Assembly: GCA_951406725.2 (NCBI GenBank)
Contig: OX597826.1
Location: forward strand, 60,036,001-60,284,000
Source of the DNA: Octopus vulgaris
Taxonomy: Eukaryota
Direction: 5' to 3'
Length of the DNA: 248,000 bases
A program made the translations under genes and the position numbers. This document shows, in pieces, positions 94,013-109,159 of the stretch (the first letter of the stretch is position 1; the number at the start of each line of letters is the position of its first letter). The notes below the pieces were generated by a model. It was not told the origin of the DNA. It was given only the letters and a program-made list of their open reading frames with translations, and searched no databases.

Positions 94013-95044
94013 TGGTATTTCCTATGATAATGTGCTCCACGATTCAATGTAAAGGAGTTATCTCCCATCACATTTATTTAGGCTGGTAAACTATCCGGCA
94101 CATACATACATATGTGCGCTCTCGCACAACATATATATAGACTTTCTTCTTACTGTAAATAGTAATCGTGTTGCTTTGAGGTGATGAGGAAGCACGAGGG
94201 TGTTGGCTAAAAGGAATTCTGATAATAGGAAAAGATACTAAATCTCCGGGAAGTCTTTATAGAAACTTTTATGGAAAATATCTGGGCGAGTATAAAACGG
94301 ATTTTTAAAAATGTGTAATCATATAGAAATATAAACTTCTTTTGGTCACATTTTACTTGTGCAAAAAATGTTTAATCGGAAAATTTAAAATTTCATTCTT
94401 GTTTTCTTACATGCCTATAGCACTGGTGTTTCCACTCTCCAAGCATAAATGCATGCAGAGATTGATGATCGCTGTGCTTGCATTAAAGTTAGTATCTGGT
94501 TTTTCATGTCTCTCTATCTTCTGCTGAACTTCTGCTACGAAATACATTCATCACTTCGTTGCATTTACTTATGCTGAAAATTTATTGGCGATCTTCTATC
94601 TGATATCAAACAGTTTGCCATTTTCATTTAAATGCCAGTTGCAAATCAAGGCATTTTTAGCTGTGAAATCTCTATTTGATAGATCGTTCAGCTCTGCATA
94701 CACAAGAGAACATTGATTCTTGAAAGACTGAAAATACGATAGCGACTTTTACATACACAAATATGTAATGCAGGCTTTCGACAATGAATAAGGTTTTTGG
94801 TTGCAAAAAGTTATTAAAAACACTTATACAAAAACATCTGTAATTAGAATAACAATGAGGAATGAAATAATAATGTAACTTAAAACATCCGACCAGATGT
94901 CTTGTGTATGTGTTCTGAGTCTTGTGGTGGTAGAATTTTGCCATCGGCCAATTTGTGATCCCTAGCACTTCCCCTCATCCTGCCACCTGATTAAATAGTA
95001 ATGTGTACTATATACATTACTATATATATTAATTATAGACATTG

Positions 95045-95145
<101 letters not shown>

Positions 95146-95426
95146 TGATTAAAAATTTTAAATTGTAATTAGATATAGTGTTGTTTTAGAGGGTTTTAAC
95201 TCCTCTTTCAAACAAGCAGGTACATATTCTACCCTGACTTTTTATAATAACTATATATATATGTGTGAGGGATATTTTCCGTCTCAATATAGCTAACCAC
95301 TAAGGGTGGGTGTTACTGTAGCTTGTAACCCCAGGAGAACATCTTCTCCAGCTGGCTGCCTAAAAACATCCCTCACATTGTCGTGCAGTTACTGTTTATA
95401 CCTCGTTCAGAGATTTATTATTGCTG

Positions 95427-95482
<56 letters not shown>

Positions 95483-95597
95483 CTATATTTATATATATAG
95501 GGAGAACTCACAAAAAAAGCCTCAAATGACGAAGACAGATGGTCTAGACAACAAAACAGATGTATTAGTTTAACGCTCGGGGAAATTAAAAATGTAT

Positions 95598-95630
95598 TTA
95601 ACGTTTCGAGCCTATGCTCTTCCTCAGAAA
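95598..95630 (-). ncRNA. Minimal type-I hammerhead, intact core
   Basis: Minus strand TTT-CTGAGGA-A-GAGC(ATAG)GCTC-GAAACGTT-AAA. Confidence 0.72.
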
Positions 95631-95688
95631 GAAACACAGAAAGAGACAGGGAGATAAAATAAAGAATGTGTAGTGGCTAGCGATCTAG

Positions 95689-95797
<109 letters not shown>

Positions 95798-96104
95798 TGT
95801 GTGTGTGTTTGTTCCCTACCACTGCTTACATCCCAGAACTTAAGACTTTGTCAAGAGGAAACGAAAGAATAAGGATCATGCTTTAAAATGTACTGATGTC
95901 GATCCATTCGACTAAACCTTCTCCAAAGCCGTGCGCCAGCATTCTTGCAATGCCATGACTGAAGCAAGTAAGAGATAAAAGATAAGACACATCGGGAAAT
96001 ATACACCAGAATTTGATGACTTAATGGATGAATAAATAAATATTTTCTCACTCATACTCCAGAAATTTCCATATACAGTAAATTTTATAAAGTTTATGAA
96101 TTAA

Positions 96105-96425
96105 AGACTCCGCCGGTTACGACGACGAGGGTCCCAGCTGATACGATCAACGGAACAGCTTGCTCGTGAAATTAACGTGCAAATGGCTGAGCATTCCACA
96201 GACACGTGTACCCTTAACGTATTTCTCGGGGATAATCAGCGTGTCACAGAGAGTGACAAGGCTGACCCTTTGAAAAACAAGTACAACTCATTTTTGCCAG
96301 CTGAGTGGACTGGAGCAACGTGAAATAAAGTGTCTTGCTCAAGGACACAACGCGTCGCCGGGAATCGAACTCACAACCTTACGATCATGAGCCGAATGCC
96401 CTAACCACTAAGCCACGCGCCCTCA
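96105..96425 (-). mobile_element. tRNA-derived SINE family E
   Basis: Head GAGGGCGCGTGGCTTAGTGGTTAGGGC...GAGTTCGATTCCCGG; body TTGAGCAAGACACTTTATTTCACGTTGCTCCAG; copies at 1155-1480(-) and 217320-217620(+). Confidence 0.85.
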
Positions 96426-96886
96426 CAAAGTTTATGAATAAGCAGTAACTCATTGCTGGGTCGTCTCTATTAACCAATTCAGTAATATAATAACGTTATA
96501 TGTCAAGTTGTAAAATAAATTGTATATCTACTAATGATTTAAAAAGCGAAAACTCTAAGCATTACCATACGATTCTTAATATATTCTAGCAATTGGGAAT
96601 AAGAATATGCTGCTCAGTGTTATTTTTGTCATCGAAAAATATGTTTGTTTAGAAGACTGGTGCTCATAATATAACTCTTTTACTCTTTTATTTGTTTCAG
96701 TCATTTGACTGTGACTGTAGACATGCTGGAGCACCGCCTTTAGTCGAGCAAATCTCCCCCAGGACTTATACGTTGTAAGCCTAGTACTTATTCTATCGGT
96801 GTTTTTTGCCGAACTACTAAGCTACAGGGACGTAAACACACCACCGTCGCTTGCCAAGCGATGTTGGCAGGACAAACACAGACGCA

Positions 96887-96956
<70 letters not shown>

Positions 96957-98684
96957 ATATATATACATAAATACGACGGGCTTCATTCAGCTTCCGTCTA
97001 CCAAATCCACTCACAAAGGTTAGGTCGGCCCGAGGCTATAGTAGAAGACACATGCCCAAGGTGCCACGCAGTGGGACTGAACCCGGAACCATGTGGTTGG
97101 TAAGCAAGCTCATTACCGCACAGCCACTCCTACGCCTATAACTAATTAATTGATGAAGATGACTTCGAGGCACTGCAGTTTTTCGATACTATTTTGTGTA
97201 GTCTTTCACTAAAACGAAAGAGCAGTACTGAATCTTGCTTATAGAAATCAGTAAATTATGTGCTGGTACATGCTGCTATCTTTCAAATCATGAATAATTC
97301 TCGAAGTGCAGGGAAAACGGCAAGAATTCAAACAAAAATGAACTTAATTTACTCTTCTGGCAATGTCGGACGTGAATATGCTGATCGCTTTTTGCGTAAC
97401 GTCAATCCAGTGTTTTCCTCGCTTTAAACGATATGTTTTCGTTATTATCGGGTTGGTAAAAATCAGCAAGCACGAGTAAATAATTTGCTTGCTAATTTCT
97501 ATAAACAAGAACATCCATTCTTGTTCAGAATCATTTATCCAGTGTATATTTTACTGGCAAAACAAATAATAACGTTGAAACATTGCGATGACTGAAACTC
97601 TAACGATACCAAAAGTTTACGTGTTATGTTCAGGAGTTTCTTTAAAATATACAAGAGGTAAGTAATATTAAGCTAATCACGAGATTATTGTACTTATCGT
97701 AAGTGATGGGACCAACGAGGTTCCCGTGTCATACTTAAGTTGTATTCTTATTTTAGATCGACAATTACTTTACTATTTCAGAACATGTCTAAATGACGGT
97801 CTTAATATTAATACAGACTATAACTAAGTACTGATTATAGCCAGATATTTTAAGCAATGTTATGGATTCAGCTAGAAAAGGGCTCAAAATGGGATAAAAA
97901 TTGCTTTTGTAATAAATATAGAAAGGTATCGTAGACTATAACGCATAACCGTAAAGTAATATAACTTTCATTTAGACTGATAATTAACCAAGTCGAATGA
98001 CTTGTCTTACAAATGGTTTGCCGTTCTCTATGTTTAGAGATCAACCACATGTAAAGGCGTGAAATGTATCGTTCATTCTTACTGAAGTATAATAGAATAA
98101 AATTGCATTTAGCGAACATGAAATTTTGACGCATAATTCTAGATTGCGAACGATTAGTTTTACTTGAAGCAAAGCTTTTGAATGCAGGAAAAAACCTGAG
98201 AGTAATTTTTGAAGTCAACAGAGGAATGTAACAATGAGAGATATTTGTGATATATTCCATACGAATTAAACGATGTCTTCTTAACAGAGGATCGAATGTA
98301 AATCGGAGCTTCCTTCAGGCAGAAGTAAACACACATCTCTTAATACATTTTCGCCAGAAGGGAAATTTAACTCTTAAAATTAAGCTTCAAATCCTTATTT
98401 ACCATACCACTACGTATTAATTTTGCCTGGATTTTCTATGCTTCTCATGATGTGAGGCCACGCGGGAGCTGAAATATAGCTACTGCATCTTTCCTTTCAA
98501 CGTTTAACTACTAAGTGCCGTAAGTTTGGTATATTGCGTTTGTGTGAACTTAACACTCAGCTGCTCGTTTTGGAAACATCATGCCCTGTATTCTTCATCA
98601 GTACCTTGTAAGGATGTGAGTAGCAAATATAGGTATGTATGCATGAATTATGTACTATGTTCATGTATGTGTATGTGCTTGTGC

Positions 98685-98739
<55 letters not shown>

Positions 98740-98742
<3 letters not shown>

Positions 98743-99150
98743 TTTTCTCTCTTTTACTTGTTTCAGTCATTTGTCTGCGGCCTTGCTGGTGCACCGCCTT
98801 TAGTCGAGCAAATCGACCCCCGGACTTATTCTTTGTAAGCCCAGTACTTATTCTATCGGTCTCTTTTGCCGAACCGGTAAGTGACGGGGACATAAACACA
98901 CCAGCATCGGTTGTCAAGCAATGCTAGTTGGGCAAACACAAACACACAAACATATACACACACAAACACATATATATACATATATACGACAGGTTTCTTT
99001 CAGTTTCCGTCTACCAAATCCACTCACAAGGCTTTGGTCGGCCCGAGGCTATAGTAGAAGATACTTGCCCAAGGTGCCACGCAGTGGGACTAAACCCGGA
99101 GCCATGTGGTTGGTAAGCAAGCTACTTACCACACAGCCACTCCTGCGCCA
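98740..99150 (-). mobile_element. SINE family B copy
   Basis: Near-consensus reverse-complement copy. Confidence 0.88.
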
Positions 99151-99519
99151 ATATATATATATATATATATATATAGTATATAAAGTTAATCCAAACATGA
99201 AAGCACAAAAAACACCACAACGTGAGGACGTGGAACAAATATAGTATTATTGGACGCTCAGGAAAGAACGAAAGAAGGAGGGTTTAACGTTTCTAGCGGA
99301 GCTCTTTGTCGGAAACATAGGAGAAGGAAAGATCCAGAGAAGGGGAGGTAGAGGAAAAAATCGCCACCGGTACACACGCAGCCACACCTTCTTTCCTTGT
99401 TTGCTGAGCGTCCAATAATACTATATTTGTTCCACGTCCTCACGTCGTTGTGTTTTTTTGTGCTTTCATGTTTGGATTAACTTTATATATGTATATATAT
99501 AAATATATATATATGTATG

Positions 99520-99552
<33 letters not shown>

Positions 99553-99900
99553 GTATGAAATTATATAATTTTATGAATTTATACGAGGGCGGCGGTGCAT
99601 GCATACATTTACAAATGACTAGACAATATACCTTACATCATATTGCTAAGCAATGCACATCGTAAAACATAAGGTGTGCAAAATTCTCGATAATATCAGG
99701 AGTGGAAACGTGAATTCCCTCTGAATATGAATAAAAACGGGCGAACAGATATCGCAGCACACTGATGTATATGTTGTTATTAAAAAACGATTCAAAATAA
99801 ATACATATAAAAAAGCTTTTTGGAGTGTATGTATGTAAATGTGTGTGTATGAGTGTGTGCGTGTGTGTACGGTATAGATAAATAGAAAGATAAATATACA

Positions 99901-99954
<54 letters not shown>

Positions 99955-100096
99955 CATAGAGAGACAGAGAAAGACAGAGAAAGACAGAGAGAAAAGAGAA
100001 AGAGATAGCTACATAGATAGGTATAGAAATAGGGAGATAGATAGACAGATAAAGAGAGAGAGAGAAAGAGGTAGATATATAGATATACAATCGGAC

Positions 100097-100139
<43 letters not shown>

Positions 100140-100966
100140 AGAGAGAGAGAAAGACAGAAAGAAAGAGAGAGGGAAAACAGAAAGAGATAGGTACCTAGAG
100201 AGAAATATGTAGATAGATAGATAGATATATAGATATGCAAGTATATGTTTCATGATTCCGTTCTTCCTCGACTTAATATGAGGCCTTAAAACATTTTATT
100301 TCTCCCGCAGACATTCAATATTTTCTCCTGCTTCTATTATCTAGATTTGGAAGAGTCGTAAAATCTAAAGAGTATAGAGGAAATAATTATCGCCATTTAC
100401 GAAGATTTGTCATATGACCGGAAGTAATAACTAATCGAGTAATTTTTTTCTGATTTCTTAAAAAATACAATACTTGTTACACTTTTTGTATGTAATTGCT
100501 TTGTAATATTTTGCTGTCCTAAGGGGGTAGGGTGTAACTTCAGAGTAATTGTTCGTGATGATCTAGGGTGTTTACGACATCGGGTGGGGTGCGTTTGCAA
100601 GTGGCAGATAATAAAAAGACGAAACAAAAAATAAAACGCAATGGCGCCTGAATTCTATAACCGAGAATAGTTATGAGAGACGAATCAGGATTGCATTCTG
100701 TCTCTCTTCCTGTAGATACGTTAAATATATACATGCTTACAAACATACATATTTCGGCGTATGTTCGTGTTAATACAGACAGAGATATACACACACACTC
100801 ACGTATGTTTCGTGGTTAATTTTCGTACAAACATGAACGCATATACGTATATATTCGTACATAGACGCAGACATAAATGTGTGTGTGTGTAACGTCATTC
100901 ATACAAGAAATCAAACTTACGCGTGTGCAACATACACAAATATAGAATTTTGCATATACACACACC

Positions 100967-101004
<38 letters not shown>

Positions 101005-101189
101005 TATAGATATATAGATATACATATAGATAGATATATATTTATTCATTTATATATACATATAGTCATAAATACCCGAAGATATATAAATAACTGATAT
101101 CAAGTGTCCGTAGCTATTATTGTTATTTCTCCAAACTTGATTAGGGACGAAAAGTGTTCTTGCTTCTTAGGATACATACAGACGCATGC

Positions 101190-101304
<115 letters not shown>

Positions 101305-101367
101305 TATATATATGCATATATATACATATCTATCGATATATATACATAAATATTTATACATATATAC

Positions 101368-101406
<39 letters not shown>

Positions 101407-101831
101407 TATATATGTGCGTGTATGTGTGTTTGCGTATGTAAAGGTAGCAGAAGGTATGAAGCTGCAGAAAAGGCATGAACCTGTTTAGAAATAGGAGCTA
101501 ACTTCACAATTCAGCCGCCGGAATTCACCAAATAACAGAAAAACAATAGTAGGCGGGGAAATGTACATTAAAAAAGCATACCTTTAATGAATGTGATATT
101601 CAGATACGCATATACCATAGTTTAGGGTTCAAAATTCAGTCTGTCATGTTATAAATCTGTCAGTTTTACGGTTTGTTCTGCGCGAAGCCGGTCTACATTG
101701 CGAAAAAAATATATATGAGCAAAAGCATTCGAGTAGTTACACTCGAAGTATGATGATATTACTGTTAATATCATCTGCAGTGAATATTTTTAATTGATAA
101801 TATTAACAGTGTAAATACTCGAATGTTTTTG

Positions 101832-101884
<53 letters not shown>

Positions 101885-102665
101885 CACCATGTGGACCGGT
101901 TTTGAGCAAAGCAAGCCATAACACTGGCAGATATATAACGCGACTTTGAATTTTTATTAAGTTCTAATTCTTTATCTGTTACCTGCCTATTTATCTTATT
102001 CGGTGCCTCAGCGGTTGAATTCGGAATTTCGCTCCTATTTCTAGATACATACATACATAAATACATACATGCATACATACATACATACATACATACATAC
102101 ATACATACATACATACATACATTCATACATCCATCGACCCATACATATTTACCTAATTCATACATACAGACATAGATACACACATACATACATACTTTAC
102201 ATGTATAGGTATATACATGCATTCATAGATGGTGATTGCTCTATTTTCATACATGATTGCTCTCCTCTACTTCCTCGTTGTTAGTGACATTTCTCACTTT
102301 CCTTCCATGACCTCTCAGATGACTATTTAGTCCTATTGCTGATCTCTATGGTTTGAAGCATATGTAACAGAAGATACTTGTTATAGTGTCCTTACGTCTG
102401 GTTAGATCGACACCTCTCATTTGTTCCCATAGAGTTTCAGTAGATGAGATGACAAATGAAGTCAGCACAAAGAGACATCTTTACGTCATTGGATGATAGA
102501 GTTCAACGCTTCTACAAAACGTGTGCTTATTTCCATCTACCTTATTAGTACCTGGTGACAGACGAAAGTGAAATGTCCAGAAATCACATAAAACCGCTGG
102601 TTCTACATCAGTGTCCGAAGCCTTGTGGGTGGATTTGTTAGACGGAAACTGAAAGTAGCCCGTCG

Positions 102666-102761
<96 letters not shown>

Positions 102762-105344
102762 TTTGTGTGTGTTTGTCCTCCCAACATCGCTTGACAACCG
102801 ATGCTGGTGTGTTTACGTCCCCGTATCTTTGCGCTTCGGCAAAATAGACCGATAGAATAAGTACTAGGCTTACAAAGAATAAGTCCTGGGATCGATTTGC
102901 TCGACTAAAGGCGATGCTCCAGCATGGCCGCAGTCAAATCACTGAAACAAGTAAGAGTAAAAGAGTATCCGTATCTCCTTCTGAACTGACCAACCTTCTG
103001 CTCTTTACACAGTTATTAGCCGCTTTCATGAGCCCACTATATTATACACTTAAGTAATCCCATTTCTAGGCCAATTTTGAAAATCACACACAGACACATA
103101 CACACAACACACATACATGTACGCACGCACACACACAAACACAGACACATAAACACACAATAGAAACAATAACTCCATAACTCAGTCATATATACATATA
103201 CATTTATGTATGCATGCAAGAATATATGCAATCATAAATGCATGTCTTCAAGTATACATATGTAAACACAACGCCATCATCCATAGACGTACATGCATAA
103301 AGGGTTAATCTTAGGCGCGTTTTGGAACATTTTCTGCTCAAATTATACCGATTTAATCAATCCTGTACTAGTATCTAGTTTCTCTAATATATTTTCTATT
103401 CTAAATAAGAGATTCAGTTATTACCCCACCATCTTAGCGTCGATCTGACTGAATTTCTTTTAATAAATGCTTCGCACCTCATGGGATTTCGTTAATACCA
103501 TCAATGTTGTGCATTTAGGTAAAACATTAGCACTAACATCAAAAATGTGAACTAAGATAACTTAAGCATTCTTCTCACTTCGTTACGTCTTTGCACTTAG
103601 GATATAATTTAATTAGCTGATATGAAAATGATACGTTTCAAACGAACGCTTTGACGATATTTCTTTTCCTACTTGTTTAGAGATGTTACAAAGCAACAAC
103701 CCTTTTTTGGGCAAAAATATGAGGAAACTAACGGCTCACGTATTAATCGCTACTGAAGATACACGTACGAATTCCTTGGAAATATATGGTAACATGATTT
103801 GGAATATCAATACCTGCTTGTGTAAGGAGAACGGCTTTATCCAGAAAGTTATTTTCTCTGATATTATTTGGGTAACTATAATTCTGACGTGGATGGGTTA
103901 ATTAGTCTACACTAATGTCATTCTCAGAGTCAAATTTGTAGTCAGGAAGTGTAATCCACAAGGGGCTGAGTACCAGTCATTGCAAATGATCAACTACTTT
104001 TAGATTTTACCGCTGACTCTTTTGGCTTCGAGACTATATTAGTCAAGACTATATTAGTCTCGAAGCCAAAAGAGTCAGTGGTAAAATCTAAGAATAGTTG
104101 ATAATTTGCAATGACCGGTAAGATTCGTTATTATTTTTTCTATGATTATAGTTTACATCCTTGGTTAAAATATTTTTATACGCGTTCGCGTCAATAATAT
104201 ATAGACCCGTTGTTTGCATACTTAGATGCATACATAAATACATACATACGTTCGTACACATAAACATTCGTATATAACGATAACCGTAACGCGGAAGGAA
104301 GTATGGAAGTATATATTTGATGTGCTTGACTACGAGTCTTTTATATCTTAAGTGCGTGGCGTACTAAATTGTCATTCAATTTGTAATACAGAAATTATTA
104401 ACGGGCTTTTGATTTTTCGGTTTTTGATAGCTTTGTTCTTTATATTATACCATACATCGATATTTCGAGTATCTCCCTCACAGGAATTCTAGTTCTCCTT
104501 AGAGAATTCGCCTTAGGCGGCGAGCTGGCAGAAACTTTAGCGCGCCGGGCAAATTGCTTATCGGTATTCCGTCTCCCTTTACGTTCTGAGTTCAATTTCC
104601 GCCGAGGTCGACTTTGACTTTCATCCTTTCGGGGTCGATAAATTAAGTACCAGCTACGCACTGGGGTCGATGTAATCGACTTAATCCCTTTGTCTGTCCT
104701 TGTCTGTCGCCTCTATGTTTAGCCCCTTGTGTGCAATAAAGAAAAAAGGAATTCTAATTCTCATTAGAGTGATACTTATTCAAGTTTTTCTAGTTTAAGT
104801 AGATTTCGTTGTGTTGATATGTATGTGTGTGTATGTTTGTGTGTGTGTTTACATATATAAATAAAAGACTTACGAGGAAAGCATCATGGTCGACTATTAA
104901 ATGGGCATACGTATTTTGACATACAAATTTTTTAAAAAGGATCCACTCCCAGTGTTACTAGGAATCTTGAAGCAAATATCATGGGAAATTCGTCCAAAGT
105001 AATTTATTTGAACCAGCGACAGCAAAATGATGTGGTGCTAATGAGAATTTATTTCTTCGCAAAACCCGCAGGAAATAGAAACGATATCTCCTTCAAGTCG
105101 AAACATACAGTTCTTGAAAAATGAAACACCTAATGGAGAATGTAGACGAGAAACCAACAAAAACAAAAAAATGATAATTGTAATTGGAATAACTCTAATC
105201 ATATAATCTGGAGAAATGAAGAGGATATTGCCGTTAAGAACTACTAAACCATCGTTTTTTAAGTATGATAAAAACACACATATACATAAACGCACTAACA
105301 TACAAACACACGTACGTATATATGTACATGAACATATATATATA

Positions 105345-105695
105345 TACTAGCAGTATCGCCCGGCGTTGCTCAGGTTTGTAAGGGAAATAACTATAAAGCA
105401 TTTTTAGAGAGTTATAGCCAAAAAATGGAAAAAAATGATGGTAAATTTTTTTTGAGAGTAAAAAAAGGTGGAGTTGCGTCCCCTAGACGGTTTGTGTTTC
105501 TGATTCTCGACCCCATGTCGAATTTATCGATTTTTTTCAGAACTGGGGGAACTTTTCAAAATTTTCGCTGCGTTAGTTTTGAATTATGACATTGGGCTAT
105601 GTGTGTGTCAAGTTTCATCAGAATCGGTTGAAAGCCGTGGTCAGGGTGAGGGTACGAGAAAACAGACACAAAGAAACACGCACAGACAAACTGCC

Positions 105696-105700
<5 letters not shown>
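105345..105700 (+). mobile_element. Non-autonomous Helentron/DINE-1-like element (HINE)
   Basis: Starts TACTAGCAGTATCGCCCGGCGTTGCTC(G/A)GG (5' hairpin/subterminal repeat), ends ACAGAC-rich...AAACTGCCGTTTTATATAT; near-identical copy at 130209-130575. Confidence 0.7.
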
Positions 105701-105730
<30 letters not shown>

Positions 105731-105825
105731 GCATAACCTATAGTGGTTAGCCATATTGAGATGGCAAATATACCTCACATTGTCGTGCAGTTACTGTTTA
105801 TACCTCGTTCAGAAATTTATTATTG

Positions 105826-105860
<35 letters not shown>

Positions 105861-106293
105861 ACACATGTACATATGCAAACACCTACACACGGAAGGATGA
105901 CACACGTACACGCTCACACATATGCATACAATTCATACTAAACATTACAAAGCCCTATCATGATCGAAAATGAGGTTAAATGCAAAGTTACTACATTTAT
106001 GGGAATAAATATGGTATATCGCTTTGAAAAATATATGAATTCATTTCAAACTACGATATAGAAATATGTATTTACGTATAGATGTGTGCAAGCGTTTATT
106101 TTATATACATGCATGTATGTTTATTTGCATGTATTTATTATTTTTATAAATGTATATATGCATAAATTCGAATTTAAGGAAATGTGAATGCATGCATGAA
106201 AACTCATTTATTATGGATAACAATAAATAAGCCGTCATTTAAGCAACGTTCTTTTCGCGATCCTCCTACTGAATGTAATAATATATGGATATG

Positions 106294-106374
<81 letters not shown>

Positions 106375-106401
106375 TTATATATCTATCTATCTATCCATTT
106401 A

Positions 106402-106444
<43 letters not shown>

Positions 106445-106552
106445 CAACCGATCTCCACATCTTCATATGTGTGTGTATGCTTATGTACAAGAGCATTTAA
106501 AGATATATGTGCAAAATGTATATATATATGTTTATATATATACGTGTGTGTT

Positions 106553-106695
<143 letters not shown>

Positions 106696-107544
106696 TCCAC
106701 AAACATATAGATTCCTATACGCGTGTGTATGTGTTTGTGTGTGCCAATACACATGCAGTTATATACAATACAAATATAAAGAGAATATCGTTCATTCCCG
106801 CATTAGTTGAAGTTTCTTTAAATCGGTGGAGCATCCGAACGAGAACTGCATACCCTTTCTTCAGAGTTTTGAAGTTTCGAGCTGAAATCCTGCTGAAGTC
106901 AGCTTTGACTCTCTTCTTCCTATGATCAATGAAAGAGTGGACAAGTCAAGTATCGACTGCGATCTAATCAATGTGTACCGTCTTACGGAAATTGCAGATT
107001 TGTCTTCGGTCAATTGCAGACTTTCATTAAATATGCGCAGTCCAATGAAACACTACTACACGCATTCGTGTAGTGTCTGACGATTGTTGACTTGTGGAGT
107101 TATGACTAACTGTTGCTGTCAGGTGTAGCATTGAAAACCCAAACATATTTGGCACCAATGACCAGTTTCATCTATGCCAACTTTCCTACACATCGGATAT
107201 CATGCGCATAGCAAAACACACTAAAGCGCATAATATATAGTTTAAATATTACATGCATAGTACTATGCAAGAGAAGGCGCATGGCTTAGTGGTTAGGGTA
107301 TTCGGCTTCTTTAATTTTCAGCTCCTCAATCATTATTTGATTTTTTAGATCATCTAGATAAGTTGGGTCAATTTCTGTTTGACTTTCTTCACCTATTTGA
107401 TTTTCCTCTGACTTGCTGTTTATGGTTAGTTGAGAGAGTATTTCACTTTATCAGTTACAATGGCTCTTTCTATCATTACTGCATTTTCATCAGCCCTGGA
107501 TTGGTTTATAATTATTTTCTCTTAGTATCTTCTTTAGCTTCAAT

Positions 107545-108560
107545 TTAGTTCCCCTTATCCCTTACCGATTGTTTCATTCGGTCAATCTCTACTTCAGTTA
107601 CTAATTTCTTTTTCATAATGTTTCTTCTGACGTTGGCAAGTTTGTTACTGTCTATGTAGGATCTTAGTTCAAGGTGCTTCTGTCTCCAGTTTAGATAGGT
107701 TTCTTCAATATTAGATTTATTTGTGGGCAAATACATAGCATGATAGAAGGCCTTAAGAAATTTATTATCTGCCCTAAAAAAATTTTCATTCATTTTGTAC
107801 TGGTTATTTGATGACGAGAGTGGATGGCCATTTATTGGAATATTCTGATTATGGGGTACTTTCAGATCCTGTGTTTCGAGAAGATTGAACCAGTACCTGA
107901 TTTTCCGTACCCAGTCTAGTTCCTCACGGGAGTACGCGGCCCATATTGATGCGGGTGGCTGCTGAATCGGTTTGTATTTTGCGTTGTTGTTATGGCGGCA
108001 TGAATGGCTTGGACGTTAACATTAGAGGACGGATCTATCTGTTTAGGAATAATTCTTCGTGACAACACCGCCTCCGAGTTCTTTGAATGAAAACATTGCT
108101 CGTAACGTAGCTTGTTAATGCTAACAGATCTGTATTCGTCTGTATTTTCTTTTGCTGATAGACTTATCTCCAGGCATATTCTTTTTTGTGGTGTTTTTTA
108201 CTTATGAATTGTTCACTCTGTGTTAGTTCGGAAAAAATTGTTTTTTAGTTTCGCTTTTTTTTTTTTTTTTCCAAGAACCCAACAATAATTGGCATTATCT
108301 TCATCTTCATTTTCCAAATACCTGGCTATTTCGTGCTTTAGAGGGTTATATCTATCTATCTTTTCACCTTCTTTTTTTAGTATTAAGGGACATGCGACTT
108401 TAACTATGTAGAATATGTAATACACTTTGTCCACCACTACTAGATTCGGTCTCTTATGCACTTGATCTGTTTGGATTGAGAAATCCCAGAGGAATTTGTT
108501 AGTACCCAAACCCGCCACTGTCTGAGGTTTGTCTCCATACCAAATCTTGCCTCTCTCGAG
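107545..108560 (-). mobile_element. R4/Dong-type fragments (N-terminal region and REL domain)
   Basis: WRQKHLELRSYIDSNKLANVRRNIMKKKL (R4 N-terminal region) and FLWDFSIQTDQVHKRPNLVVVDK...KEGEKIDRYNPLKHEI. Confidence 0.75.
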
Positions 108561-109116
108561 CTCCATTATCATCATCATCATCGTCATCATCATCATTATC
108601 ATCATCATCATTATCATCATCATCATCATAATCATCATCATCATCATCATCATCATTATTATTATTATTATTATTATTACAACTATTGTTGTTGTTGTTG
108701 TTTTTGCTGTTGCTGCTGCTTTTTTGTTGTTATTATTATTGATAACAATAATAGTAGCATACTCTGAATGTTTAATCAATGTGCCATTTGGTACACCCAG
108801 TTCTTACTTTATAGGCGACACGAAATAATTTCTAAAACCAACAAACACTGCCAGCCACAGTTTACTTACATCAGGCAATCAGTATGGTTGTATGAGAGAA
108901 CGGAATACAGCTGGCACTGGTTGAACTCTTGTTTGTAATTAAAACAATGGAATCAACAGCCACAAGCGAGAGACAGTTATTTAGAATCTTCTGGAGTGTT
109001 AAGTGAAGAAAACTCGTAGAGTTTTACTTTTTATTTTTTCTTAAGTATAATGAATTATTAAGAATGCAGAGTTTTTCAGTGCTTAAAAAAAAGTCATCAC
109101 CAGCACCTCTGTCATT

Positions 109117-109159
<43 letters not shown>

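Noticed and set aside
97290-98260. About 100-codon plus frame with one stop, and a 130-aa minus ORF
   Set aside because: No motif recognised; compatible with chance in unique sequence.
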